From positions 2,310,001-2,342,000 of the forward strand of contig FP565575.1 in NCBI GenBank assembly GCA_000091165.1: 32,000 nt of DNA. Direction: 5' to 3'. A model generated the notes under the pieces. The model was not told where the DNA came from and did not search any database. It saw only the letters and a program-made list of their open reading frames with translations. A program made the position numbers and the translations under genes. Shown here piece after piece: positions 8,269 through 15,923 of the stretch. The stretch comes from Candidatus Methylomirabilis oxygeniifera (GTDB lineage: Bacteria; Methylomirabilota; Methylomirabilia; Methylomirabilales; Methylomirabilaceae). Numbering within the stretch: position 1 is the stretch's first letter; every line of letters begins with the position of its first letter.

Positions 8269-8322
8269 GGGTGTAGGGTGTAGGGTGTAGGGTAGTATGC
8301 TGAACACTTCACACTAAACACT
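8269..8322. repeat. (GGGTGTA)x3 plus a partial unit (8269-8294), followed by GAACACT TCACACT AAACACT (8302-8322), in the nuoK1-nuoL1 spacer
   Basis: Read directly. Four G3 tracts at 8269-8292 fit G3N4G3N4G3N4G3. Confidence 0.9.
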
Positions 8323-8327
8323 GGCCA

Positions 8328-8639
8328 CTATCCTTTCAGTAGATTAATCTCGTCCACATTCAGGGACTCTTTGTTTCTGTACAGCGCAATGATGATGGCC
8401 AGCCCTACTGCCACTTCGGCCGCCGCCACCGCCATCACAAACAACACAATGATCTGCCCATCCATCGAGTGGAGAAACCTCGAGAACGCCACAAAGGTAA
8501 GATTGACCGCGTTCAACATCAGCTCGATCGACATAAAGATCACCAGCGCGTTGCGCCGAATCAGTACCCCGGCGACCCCGATGACGAAGAGAGCGGCGCT
8601 CAAGATCAGGTACGCGCTCAGAGGAACAGTCGCGCTCAT
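8328..8639 (-). CDS. nuoK: NADH-quinone oxidoreductase subunit K (cluster 1)
   Basis: 103 aa. Contains [12 protein letters not shown] and [11 protein letters not shown]. Confidence 0.95.
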   Translation of the reverse strand: MSATVPLSAYLILSAALFVIGVAGVLIRRNALVIFMSIELMLNAVNLTFVAFSRFLHSMDGQIIVLFVMAVAAAEVAVGLAIIIALYRNKESLNVDEINLLKG

Positions 8640-8647
8640 ATCGCCTC

Positions 8648-8782
8648 GATGGTATGGACGGCAGTGCGCGAAGCGTCGTCGATGGCAGGCGAAGCATGGA
8701 CAGCGTAGCTTGCCATCGCCGATTCGAGCCGTACAGGGACGTACGGCGAGATTAAGCAGAGCACGCTGCCGTCCATACCATC
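8648..8782. repeat. 135-nt structured inverted-repeat element: 17-bp perfect outer stem enclosing two internal hairpins
   Basis: Outer arms: GATGGTATGGACGGCAG (8648-8664) and CTGCCGTCCATACCATC (8766-8782). Inner stem 1: CGATGGCAGGC (8680-8690) with GCTTGCCATCG (8708-8718). Inner stem 2: CCGTAC (8729-8734) with GTACGG (8741-8746). It occupies the 173-nt nuoJ1-nuoK1 gap, where the paralogous nuoJ2-nuoK2 gap is only 3 nt. Confidence 0.8.
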
Positions 8783-8812
8783 AACCTCGCATCTCGCGTA
8801 TGATATGAATAG

Positions 8813-9319
8813 TTATCTCCTAGCCAAGACCATAGCGCCGATAATGGCGATAAGGAGGATGACGGAGGTAATCTCAAATGGGATGAGAAAATCGGTGAAT
8901 AAGAGGCGGCCGACGAGCTGAGCATTTCCGATGGCACCTACAACCTCGGATGTATAGGGACCCTGGGGTGCACGAGAATCATTGGAGCCGATGGGGATCG
9001 CCAACTCAAGCAGCAGGAGGGCGGCCGCACCAACACCAAGCAGGAACCTGGACCGATCTCGCTGCAGCCAAGCGGGCAGTTCATGCCCCAGATCGAGCAG
9101 CATCACCACAAACAGGAACAGGACCATGATCGCCCCGGCGTAGACGATCACCTGCACAACAGCGATGAATTGCGCCTGCAACAGCAGATAGATTCCTGAC
9201 AGCGCGAGGAACGTCCCAACCAGCGAGAGGGCGCAGTAGACCGGGTTTCGCAGGACGATGACCAGTGCTGCAGTGACAAGCGCCATTGCGGCCAGCGGCA
9301 CAAACACCAGCCATTCCAT
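8813..9319 (-). CDS. nuoJ: NADH-quinone oxidoreductase subunit J (cluster 1)
   Basis: Begins MEWLVFVPLAAMALVTAALVIVLRNPVY.... ATG 9319 is 2 nt after the nuoH1 stop (9322-9324). The longer ORF extension to 9517 overlaps nuoH1 and was rejected. Confidence 0.9.
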   Translation of the reverse strand: MEWLVFVPLAAMALVTAALVIVLRNPVYCALSLVGTFLALSGIYLLLQAQFIAVVQVIVYAGAIMVLFLFVVMLLDLGHELPAWLQRDRSRFLLGVGAAALLLLELAIPIGSNDSRAPQGPYTSEVVGAIGNAQLVGRLLFTDFLIPFEITSVILLIAIIGAMVLARR

Positions 9320-9321
9320 CC

Positions 9322-10308
9322 CTACCTCAACGCCACAAACACGGCCGTTATCATAATGTTGGCCAGCGCGACGGGCAGCAGTACCTTCCACCCGAATCGC
9401 ATCAGTTGGTCGTATCTGAAGCGAGGCAGCGTGCCCCGAAGCCAGATAAAGAGAAAAATCAGCAGATAGAGCTTGATGAGAAACCAGACGACCGGCGGCA
9501 ACCACGGCCCCCTCCACCCGCCCAGAAACAGCGTTGTCGTCATGGCCGACACGGTGATCATGTTGGCGTACTCGGCCATGAAATACATCGCGAACTTCAT
9601 CGAGCTGTACTCGACGTGGAAGCCGGCCACCAGTTCCGTCTCGGCCTCCGGCAGATCAAAGGGGGCGCGGTTGGTCTCGGCGACGGCACAGATCAGAAAG
9701 ATGAGGAACCCGATCGGCTGAAGGATGACAAACCACGTCCTGGCTTGAGCGCCTACAATCTCCACCAGGCTGAGTGACTGGGACAGCATCACCACGCCCA
9801 CCACCGACAGACCCAGGGAGAGCTCGTAACTGATCATCTGGGCTGAGGAGCGCAGCCCCCCGAGCAGCGCGTACTTGTTGTTTGAGGCCCACCCTCCCAG
9901 GACGATCCCATAGATCCCGAGCGAGGCCACACCGAATACATACAGCAGCCCGATATTGACGTCGGTGATCACTAAGTCGATGGTCTGCCCGAAGAGTCGG
10001 ACCTGGTCTCCGAAGGGAATCACTGCGAAGGAGATGAAGGCAGGGATCAGTGTAACCACGGGGGCCAGAACGTAGAGCGTTCGGTCTGCCGCATGGGGAA
10101 TGATCTCCTCCTTGAACAGGAGCTTGATCCCGTCGGCGATCGGCTGCAAGAGCCCATGTGGGCCGACCCGCATCGGTCCGAGCCGGACCTGGATGTCGCC
10201 GATAACCTTCCGCTCCACCCAGGTCAGATAGGTGACACTCAGCAACATTAACCCAAAGACTACGACGATCTTCGTCACCATGATGACAAAGAAGGCGCCC
10301 TCTGGCAT
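9322..10308 (-). CDS. nuoH: NADH-quinone oxidoreductase subunit H (cluster 1)
   Basis: 328 aa. Contains ERKVIGDIQVRLGPMRVGPHGLLQPIADGIKL, ETNRAPFDLPEAETELVAGFHVEYS and RFRYDQLM. Confidence 0.95.
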   Translation of the reverse strand: MPEGAFFVIMVTKIVVVFGLMLLSVTYLTWVERKVIGDIQVRLGPMRVGPHGLLQPIADGIKLLFKEEIIPHAADRTLYVLAPVVTLIPAFISFAVIPFGDQVRLFGQTIDLVITDVNIGLLYVFGVASLGIYGIVLGGWASNNKYALLGGLRSSAQMISYELSLGLSVVGVVMLSQSLSLVEIVGAQARTWFVILQPIGFLIFLICAVAETNRAPFDLPEAETELVAGFHVEYSSMKFAMYFMAEYANMITVSAMTTTLFLGGWRGPWLPPVVWFLIKLYLLIFLFIWLRGTLPRFRYDQLMRFGWKVLLPVALANIMITAVFVALR

Positions 10309-10384
10309 TGTGCTCCCCTGTCTGTCGCCCGCTCCCCACTTTATGTCTGCGGGGACAGGCTACGATGAGTGAGTGGGGCCTGGC

Positions 10385-11668
10385 TCAGACTCCCGCCCGG
10401 GCTCCGAACGGGCAGGCGTGCTCCACAATGTGCTGTTCGAATTCATCGCGAAAGTACTTCAAATAGCTTTCAATCGGCATGGCGGCGGCATCACTTAAGG
10501 GACAGATGGTCTTGCCCTTCATGTTGTCACAGATGTCCAAGAGCAGATCAAGATCCGCCTGCCGCCCGCGACCCTCTTCAATCCGTCTCAGCGTTTTGTG
10601 CAGCCATGCCGTCCCTTCCCGGCACTGCGTACACTGCCCACACGATTCGTGATGATAGAATCGAGAAACAATCTCACCTACCCGTACCATACAGGTAGTG
10701 TCATCCATCACGATGACGCCGCCGGAGCCGGCCATAGAACCTGCCGTCGCCAACGACTCAAAGTCCATTCTGGCGTCAAGGTGTCGCTCGGTCAGCACCG
10801 GCACCGAGGAGCCACCGGGAATCACCGCCTTCAGGCGTCGACCCTCGCGTATCCCGCCCGCATGTTCGAAGATCAGCTCCCGCATCGGAACATCGATCCG
10901 GCACTCGTAGATGCCTGGTCGGCGAACGTGACCGCTCACCCCGAAAATCCTGGTACCTGTACTCTTCGGGGTTCCGATGCCCGCGAACCACTCTGCCCCA
11001 CGCATCACGATATGCGGGATGTTGCAGAGCGTTTCCACATTGTTCACAACGGTGGGCTTGCGATAGAGCCCGGACGTGGCGGGAAACGGGGGTTTCAACC
11101 GCGGCAACCCCCTTTTGCCCTCCAACGATTCCAGCAGGGCGGTCTCCTCTCCGCAGATGTACGCGCCGGCGCCCCGGTGTACGTGGAGGTCCAGACTGAA
11201 GCGGCTCCCCAGAATATCCTTTCCAACCAGACCACGGGCGGCCGCATCGCTGACCGCCTGCTCCAGGATACGGGCGCCCGCAACAAGCTCGCCCCTAATG
11301 TAGATATAGGCGGCCCGACACCCGATGGCGAAACCGCCCAGCAGAATCCCTTCGAGGAGCTGGTGCGGGTCCCGCATAATCAGTTCTCGATCCTTGAACG
11401 TCCCCGGCTCGCTCTCATCGGCATTACAGACGAGATACTTGGGTAGATCAGAACCCTTAGGCACAAAGCCCCACTTGACACCGGTAGGAAAGCCTGCGCC
11501 TCCGCGCCCCCTGAGCCCGGATCGCTTGACCAACTCGATCAGGCTGGTGGGCGTATGCTCTTTGAGCACCTTCGCAATGGCCTGATAGCCCCCGGTGGCC
11601 TCGTACTCGTCGAGGGTTCCTCGATAACCCGGAATCTCAAACCGCTTCGTGAGGATCTTTTCGCTCAT
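10385..11668 (-). CDS. nuoF: NADH-quinone oxidoreductase subunit F (NADH/FMN-binding, N3 cluster)
   Basis: Contains GRGGAGFPTG, GAGAYICGEETALLESLEG and ESCGQCTQCREG. Confidence 0.96.
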   Translation of the reverse strand: MSEKILTKRFEIPGYRGTLDEYEATGGYQAIAKVLKEHTPTSLIELVKRSGLRGRGGAGFPTGVKWGFVPKGSDLPKYLVCNADESEPGTFKDRELIMRDPHQLLEGILLGGFAIGCRAAYIYIRGELVAGARILEQAVSDAAARGLVGKDILGSRFSLDLHVHRGAGAYICGEETALLESLEGKRGLPRLKPPFPATSGLYRKPTVVNNVETLCNIPHIVMRGAEWFAGIGTPKSTGTRIFGVSGHVRRPGIYECRIDVPMRELIFEHAGGIREGRRLKAVIPGGSSVPVLTERHLDARMDFESLATAGSMAGSGGVIVMDDTTCMVRVGEIVSRFYHHESCGQCTQCREGTAWLHKTLRRIEEGRGRQADLDLLLDICDNMKGKTICPLSDAAAMPIESYLKYFRDEFEQHIVEHACPFGARAGV

Positions 11669-11693
11669 GGGAGTTCAGCTATCAGCTTCTACC

Positions 11694-11724
11694 GAGTCTG
11701 TTGGGTCATTGAGTCTGTTGGGTC
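11694..11724. repeat. 14-nt direct repeat GAGTCTGTTGGGTC x2 (3-nt spacer) spanning the nuoE1 stop
   Basis: Copies at 11694-11707 and 11711-11724 were read directly. Heptamer-like units GAGTTCA GCTATCA GCTTCTA precede it at 11671-11691. Confidence 0.8.
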
Positions 11725-12221
11725 GACTCAATAGACTGAGCTGACTGCTGATTGCCGGCAGCCACCTGCTTTCGCAGCCGTGCAACCAGCGTCTCAACTT
11801 CACCGTGCGAAACCGGACCGTAGTAATCCGATCCCACTTGGATCGCCGGAGCACGTCCACAAGCCGCAAGGCACTCAACCCGCTTGATGGTAAACAGACC
11901 ATCCGGTGTCGTCTCTCCCGCGCTGACCCCCAGCACCTCTTCAAGGCGCCGAATCACCTGTTCGGCGCCTAAGAGCGCACAGCTCAGATTGTGGCAGACC
12001 CAGATCTCTCGCTGCCCACCAGGCTTCAGGCGAAACATGTCGTAGAACATGGCCACCTCCGCCACCTGGATCGGCGGCAGGTCAAGACGAGCGGCCAGCT
12101 CACGCATGGCATCCGCTGTCAGATACCCCCCCTCCTCCTGGCATAAGTGCATCAGCGGCAACAGGGCGGAACGGCGCTCAGGGTATCGCGATAGGATGCG
12201 CTGAATCGTTTCTTCGGTCAT
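11706..12221 (-). CDS. nuoE: NADH-quinone oxidoreductase subunit E (2Fe-2S, N1a)
   Basis: Contains RRSALLPLMHLCQEE, VCHNLSCALLG and VECLAACGRAPA. Confidence 0.95.
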   Translation of the reverse strand: MTEETIQRILSRYPERRSALLPLMHLCQEEGGYLTADAMRELAARLDLPPIQVAEVAMFYDMFRLKPGGQREIWVCHNLSCALLGAEQVIRRLEEVLGVSAGETTPDGLFTIKRVECLAACGRAPAIQVGSDYYGPVSHGEVETLVARLRKQVAAGNQQSAQSIESTQQTQ

Positions 12222-12237
12222 ATCACCTCAAAAGACG

Positions 12238-12315
12238 GGGTGTAGGTTTTAGGGGGTAGGGTACAATACGGGAACATTTGTCCGGTTCCCACACCCCACA
12301 CCCTCCACCCTGTCT
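12238..12315. repeat. G-rich heptamers (GGGTGTA GGTTTTA GGGGGTA GGGTACA), central hairpin GGGAAC-N9-GTTCCC (12270-12290), then C-rich heptamers (CCCACAC CCCACAC CCTCCAC) in inverted orientation
   Basis: Read directly in the 100-nt nuoD1-nuoE1 spacer. Confidence 0.85.
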
Positions 12316-12321
12316 TTTGTC

Positions 12322-13476
12322 TCACCGATCGACCTCTCCAAGCACAATGTCGATGCTGCCGATGATCGCCACCAGATCGGCTACCAGTCGCCCCTCCGCC
12401 ATCCGCGGCAACGATTGCAGGTTGACGAAGGAGGGTGTGCGAAAATGGACACGGTACGGCTTGTTGCTGCCGTCGCTCACCAGATAGACGCCGTACTCGC
12501 CACGCGGGGACTCGACGCTCTGATAGACCTCACCTGCCGGTACGGTAAATCCCGACGACCAGAGCAGGAAGTGGTGAATAAGCGCCTCCATGCTCTGTTT
12601 CACCATCGGCTTGGGAGGCGGGATCAGCTTCGGGTCGGCGATCACGACCGGCCCATCCGGAAGGCATTCCAGGGCCTGGTGAACGATGGCGACGCTCTGT
12701 TGCATCTCGAAAATACGACAGAGGTATCGATCATAGACATCGCCGTGAGTTCCTCTGGACATCTCGAAGTGAAATCGCTCATAGCCCGAATAGGGATTCG
12801 ACTTGCGAATGTCCCACGCAATCCCGCAGGCCCGCAGACTGGGACCGCTTAAGCCTAGGTCCACGGCGTCTTCCGGCTTGATCACACCGACCCCTCTGGT
12901 CCGCTCGAGCCAGATCGGATTCTGAGTCAGCAGGTCTTCGTACTCAGCCAGCCGATCGGGAAAGCTGGTGACAAATGCCTGGACCGTCTTCTCGAACCCC
13001 TCGGGGAGATCGGCGAACAGGCCGCCGACCCGAAAGTAGCTGGACATCATCCGGGCCCCGGATACCTGTTCATACATGTCTAAGATCGCCTCACGTTCCC
13101 GAAAGGCGTACAGGAAGACGCTCATCGCCCCGATGTCGATGGCATGTGTCGCAAGCCAGACCAAGTGGCTGGCAATCCTGGTCAGTTCCGTCAGCATCAC
13201 GCGGATGACCTGGGCTCGCGGCGAAGCCTCAACGCCAAGCAACTTCTCGACGGCCAACACATACGCCAGGTTATTGCTGAGTGGGGCCAGGTAATCCATC
13301 CGGTCCGTAATCGGGATCACCTGCTGGTATCGCTTACTTTCCGCAATCTTCTCCATCCCGGTGTGGAGGTAGCCGATATGCGGCGTACACCGAACGATGA
13401 TCTCTCCGTCCAGTTCCAGAACCAGACGCAGCACGCCGTGAGTGCTGGGGTGCTGGGGCCCCATGTTGATGGTCAT
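12322..13476 (-). CDS. nuoD: NADH-quinone oxidoreductase subunit D (cluster 1)
   Basis: Contains MTINMGPQHPSTHGVLRLVLELDG, HIGYLHTGMEK, DRMDY and C-terminal GEVDR. An alternative GTG start at 13494 overlaps the nuoC1 stop. The ORF extension to 13695 was rejected. Confidence 0.93.
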   Translation of the reverse strand: MTINMGPQHPSTHGVLRLVLELDGEIIVRCTPHIGYLHTGMEKIAESKRYQQVIPITDRMDYLAPLSNNLAYVLAVEKLLGVEASPRAQVIRVMLTELTRIASHLVWLATHAIDIGAMSVFLYAFREREAILDMYEQVSGARMMSSYFRVGGLFADLPEGFEKTVQAFVTSFPDRLAEYEDLLTQNPIWLERTRGVGVIKPEDAVDLGLSGPSLRACGIAWDIRKSNPYSGYERFHFEMSRGTHGDVYDRYLCRIFEMQQSVAIVHQALECLPDGPVVIADPKLIPPPKPMVKQSMEALIHHFLLWSSGFTVPAGEVYQSVESPRGEYGVYLVSDGSNKPYRVHFRTPSFVNLQSLPRMAEGRLVADLVAIIGSIDIVLGEVDR

Positions 13477-13486
13477 GGTGCGCCGC

Positions 13487-13993
13487 TCAGTCACCTGCCG
13501 CCCCCTCTTCCCACCATTTCGGCGAGGCCTGCCCCGGGTAGTCCTTCCGGAGCGGACAGCCCTCCCACCCCTCCGGCATAAGGATCCTCCGGAGATCGGG
13601 GTGCCCCTCAAAGCGAATGCCGAACATATCGAACACTTCACGTTCATGCCAATCGGCGACACCCCAGACGGTCGTGACGCTGGGCACCGCCTCACCTTCC
13701 TCGACGTGCACCTTGAGCCGGATCCGCTGTTTGTACTGAAGGGAATAGAGATGGTAGACCACCTCGAAACGCGGGTGGTCTCCGAATCGATCGACAGCGG
13801 TGAGATCAGAAAGGAAATCGTAGAGAAGGCCGGGATCCTCCTTCAGGTAGCGACAGAAGCGAATGAGGTCGCCAAGCCTGACAAGGAGGGTCGTTTCGTT
13901 ACGAAAGCTCCTGGTCGAGAAGGTCGCTTCAGGAAACCGTTCTCGCAGCCTCGAAACGGTGTGATTCTCCTCCGCCCCCTTTACGTGACCCAT
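13487..13993 (-). CDS. nuoC: NADH-quinone oxidoreductase subunit C (cluster 1)
   Basis: Contains [22 protein letters not shown] and [27 protein letters not shown] 13993 overlaps the nuoA1 end by 13 nt, so no nuoB lies between A and C. Confidence 0.9.
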   Translation of the reverse strand: MGHVKGAEENHTVSRLRERFPEATFSTRSFRNETTLLVRLGDLIRFCRYLKEDPGLLYDFLSDLTAVDRFGDHPRFEVVYHLYSLQYKQRIRLKVHVEEGEAVPSVTTVWGVADWHEREVFDMFGIRFEGHPDLRRILMPEGWEGCPLRKDYPGQASPKWWEEGAAGD

Positions 13994-14340
13994 TCCAGGC
14001 CCCCCTTCTTCCAGACATACAGGAGTCCGATCAGGAGGATGCCGAGGAAGAGAATCATTTCTATTAACCCGAACAGTTTGAGACTGTTCAGGATCACCGC
14101 CCATGGGTACAGGAATACGATCTCGATGTCGAAGATGATAAACAACATCGCGACCAGGTAAAACTTGACCGAAAACCGCTCTCGAGCGGAACCGACCGGA
14201 TCAATCCCGCACTCGTACGGGGTAAGCTTGGATCGAGTAGGCCGCCGCGGCCCGAGTACATGTGATAGAAGGAGGGTCACGAGGGCAAAACCGGCCGCCA
14301 ACAGGATCAGGATAAAGATCGGCAGATACGAAATCAGCAC
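13981..14340 (-). CDS. nuoA: NADH-quinone oxidoreductase subunit A (cluster 1)
   Basis: 119 aa. Contains [33 protein letters not shown] and [11 protein letters not shown] start with an AAGGAGAAGGA RBS. Confidence 0.93.
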   Translation of the reverse strand: MLISYLPIFILILLAAGFALVTLLLSHVLGPRRPTRSKLTPYECGIDPVGSARERFSVKFYLVAMLFIIFDIEIVFLYPWAVILNSLKLFGLIEMILFLGILLIGLLYVWKKGGLEWVT

Positions 14341-14355
14341 CGCGTCCTTCTCCTT

Positions 14356-14390
14356 GGCGATCGGCTATCGCCCTCACGCCTACCCTCCGC
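14356..14390. repeat. Heptamer-periodic atpE-nuoA1 spacer (GGCGATC GGCTATC GCCCTCA CGCCTAC CCTCCGC), including the GGCGAT-CGGCT-ATCGCC hairpin
   Basis: Read directly. The hairpin at 14356-14372 sits just upstream (mRNA sense) of the nuoA1 RBS. Confidence 0.7.
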
Positions 14391-14770
14391 TATGCACCAG
14401 GTACCACGTACTTAATGAAGGGGTTCGCAAAGAAGATGATCAGAGCGACGAGCAAGACATAGATAGCCAGCGACTCGATGAGCGCGAGGCCGATGATCAT
14501 CGCCACCTGGATCTTCGGCGCTGCGGCCGGCTGCCGTCCCATCGCTTCCAGCGCGCTGACGATGGCTCGGCTCTGGCCGATAGCTGCCGCACCAGAGGCG
14601 ATCGCCATGGCAAATCCACCCGTAAGGACTGAGACGACAAAGAACATCGAACTACCCGATGTACCGGACGACTCAGCCGCAGCCCCTTCAGCGGCAAATG
14701 CCATCTGGGACCCAAATGTCAACATCACCGTGACCAACAGCAGCGCGAGCGCTCCTTGCGTACGACTCAT
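14390..14770 (-). CDS. atpE: F0F1 ATP synthase subunit c, with an N-terminal signal-peptide-like extension
   Basis: Core is GGFAMAIASGAAAIGQSRAIVSALEAMGRQPAAAPKIQVAMIIGLALIESLAIYVLLVALIIFFANPF. ATG 14770 is preceded by an AAGGAG RBS. The N-terminus MSRTQGALALLLVTVMLTFGSQMAFA-AE resembles a Sec signal. Confidence 0.92.
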   Translation of the reverse strand: MSRTQGALALLLVTVMLTFGSQMAFAAEGAAAESSGTSGSSMFFVVSVLTGGFAMAIASGAAAIGQSRAIVSALEAMGRQPAAAPKIQVAMIIGLALIESLAIYVLLVALIIFFANPFIKYVVPGA

Positions 14771-14808
14771 CGGTACAACTCCTTTCAAAATGAAGAATGA
14801 AGATAGGG

Positions 14809-15528
14809 TTAGTGGTGCTCCTCGTGTTCGACGTGAACGGCTCCGGCAATATAGACCATGGAAAGCATGACAAAGATGAAGGCCTGGACAAAACTGGTGA
14901 AGAGGCTCAGGGGCATCATGATACCCAGATAGATGATATACGGAATACCTAACCAGATCAGCGACAGCAGGATGGCGATAACGCTTTCTTCCCCAAAAAT
15001 GTTGCCGAACAACCGGATCGATAGAGAGATCGGCCGGGCGAGATGGCCGATCAGCTCAATGGGAAACATGATGGGCGCCAACCACAGGATCGGTCCGCAG
15101 AAATGACGGAGATAGGCCGCGATCCCCTGTTCCCGTATACCGAAATAGTTATAGGAGAGGAATATGGTGATGGCGAGAGCGGCCGTCGTGTTGAGATTGG
15201 CCGTCGGGGGCTTGAGACCGGGAAACGCGCCCAAAAGATTCCCGACGAGGATGAAGAGACCAGCCGTCCCGATCAAAGGGAGGTACCGTTTCCCGTTGTG
15301 TCCGATCATCTGCGTGAGCAGGTCCGTAAACGTCTCGACCACAACCTCCATGAAGTTCTGGACCGGCCCCGGCACCGCCTGGAGCTGCCGCGTCGCCAGA
15401 TACGACACAATAATCAGAATCGCCATGACCAGCCATGCCATCGCGATATGCTCCGGTATCCAGGCCCCAGGAATCCCGATCGCCCCAAGAAAATTTGGAA
15501 TCTGAAAGACTGTAGGGTGATGCTCCAT
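14809..15528 (-). CDS. atpB: F0F1 ATP synthase subunit a
   Basis: Contains the LSIRLFGNIFGEE stator-arginine motif. GGGAGG RBS 4 nt upstream of ATG 15528. Confidence 0.93.
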   Translation of the reverse strand: MEHHPTVFQIPNFLGAIGIPGAWIPEHIAMAWLVMAILIIVSYLATRQLQAVPGPVQNFMEVVVETFTDLLTQMIGHNGKRYLPLIGTAGLFILVGNLLGAFPGLKPPTANLNTTAALAITIFLSYNYFGIREQGIAAYLRHFCGPILWLAPIMFPIELIGHLARPISLSIRLFGNIFGEESVIAILLSLIWLGIPYIIYLGIMMPLSLFTSFVQAFIFVMLSMVYIAGAVHVEHEEHH

Positions 15529-15577
15529 CACGCCTCCCGATTGTTGTACGGGAAATCACATACAGACCGCAAGAAAA

Positions 15578-15793
15578 TCAACTCCCCCAATGCTTGAGAT
15601 CCTTCATGAGATTGGTAAAGCCGGCCGCAACCCCGAAGATGAAAAACAGAATCATGAGCCACGGCGACGTCCCCAGCCAGCGATCCAAGGCAATCCCGAT
15701 AGCGGCCCCGATCGCAATCGAAGCGGCGAACGTGATCCCCAGTGAACTCAGTCCTGCGAGCTGCCGCCACAGTCGAGTCTGATCGTCCTTCAT
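15578..15793 (-). CDS. atpZ: AtpZ/AtpI-family small membrane protein (ATPase_gene1 type)
   Basis: Two-TM protein: WRQLAGLSSLGITFAASIAIGAAIGIALDRWLGTSPWLMILFFIFGVAAGF. ATG at 15793, with an alternative GTG at 15820. Confidence 0.8.
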   Translation of the reverse strand: MKDDQTRLWRQLAGLSSLGITFAASIAIGAAIGIALDRWLGTSPWLMILFFIFGVAAGFTNLMKDLKHWGS

Positions 15794-15873
15794 GTTCCCG
15801 CCTATAAAACCCCCGCTCACCCGCCTTTATCAAAGGGGGGAAGGGGGCCTTCCCTCCTGCTGTGTTCGACCCT

Positions 15874-15902
15874 ACTCTAGCCATCCCCCTCCACACTGTC
15901 AA
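15874..15902 (-). promoter_or_regulatory. Candidate sigma70 promoter for atpZ-atpB-atpE (TTGACA-N17-TAGAGT)
   Basis: On the minus strand, TTGACA is at 15902-15897 and TAGAGT at 15879-15874. A GGGAAGG-CCC-CCTTCCC hairpin (15838-15854) follows in the 5' UTR. Confidence 0.45.
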
Positions 15903-15923
15903 GGTTCACCGACCTCCTGAATT

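Noticed and set aside
8269-8322. Whether the short tandem repeats here, and at 21188-21222 and 4823-4850, could be a CRISPR array.
   Set aside because: The units are 7 nt and directly abutting, with no spacers. There are no cas genes. This is incompatible with CRISPR architecture.
10315-10378. Crossing complementary segments in the nuoF1-nuoH1 spacer (CCTGTC/GACAGG and CCCCACT/AGTGGGG), suggesting a pseudoknot.
   Set aside because: The helices are only 6-7 bp in GC-rich sequence, there is no supporting conservation, and matches of this size are easily produced by chance.
15838-15854. The GGGAAGG-CCC-CCTTCCC hairpin as the terminator of nuo cluster 2.
   Set aside because: It lies downstream of the candidate atpZ promoter and lacks a U-tract. 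It is more consistent with a 5' UTR structure, so it is not called as a terminator.
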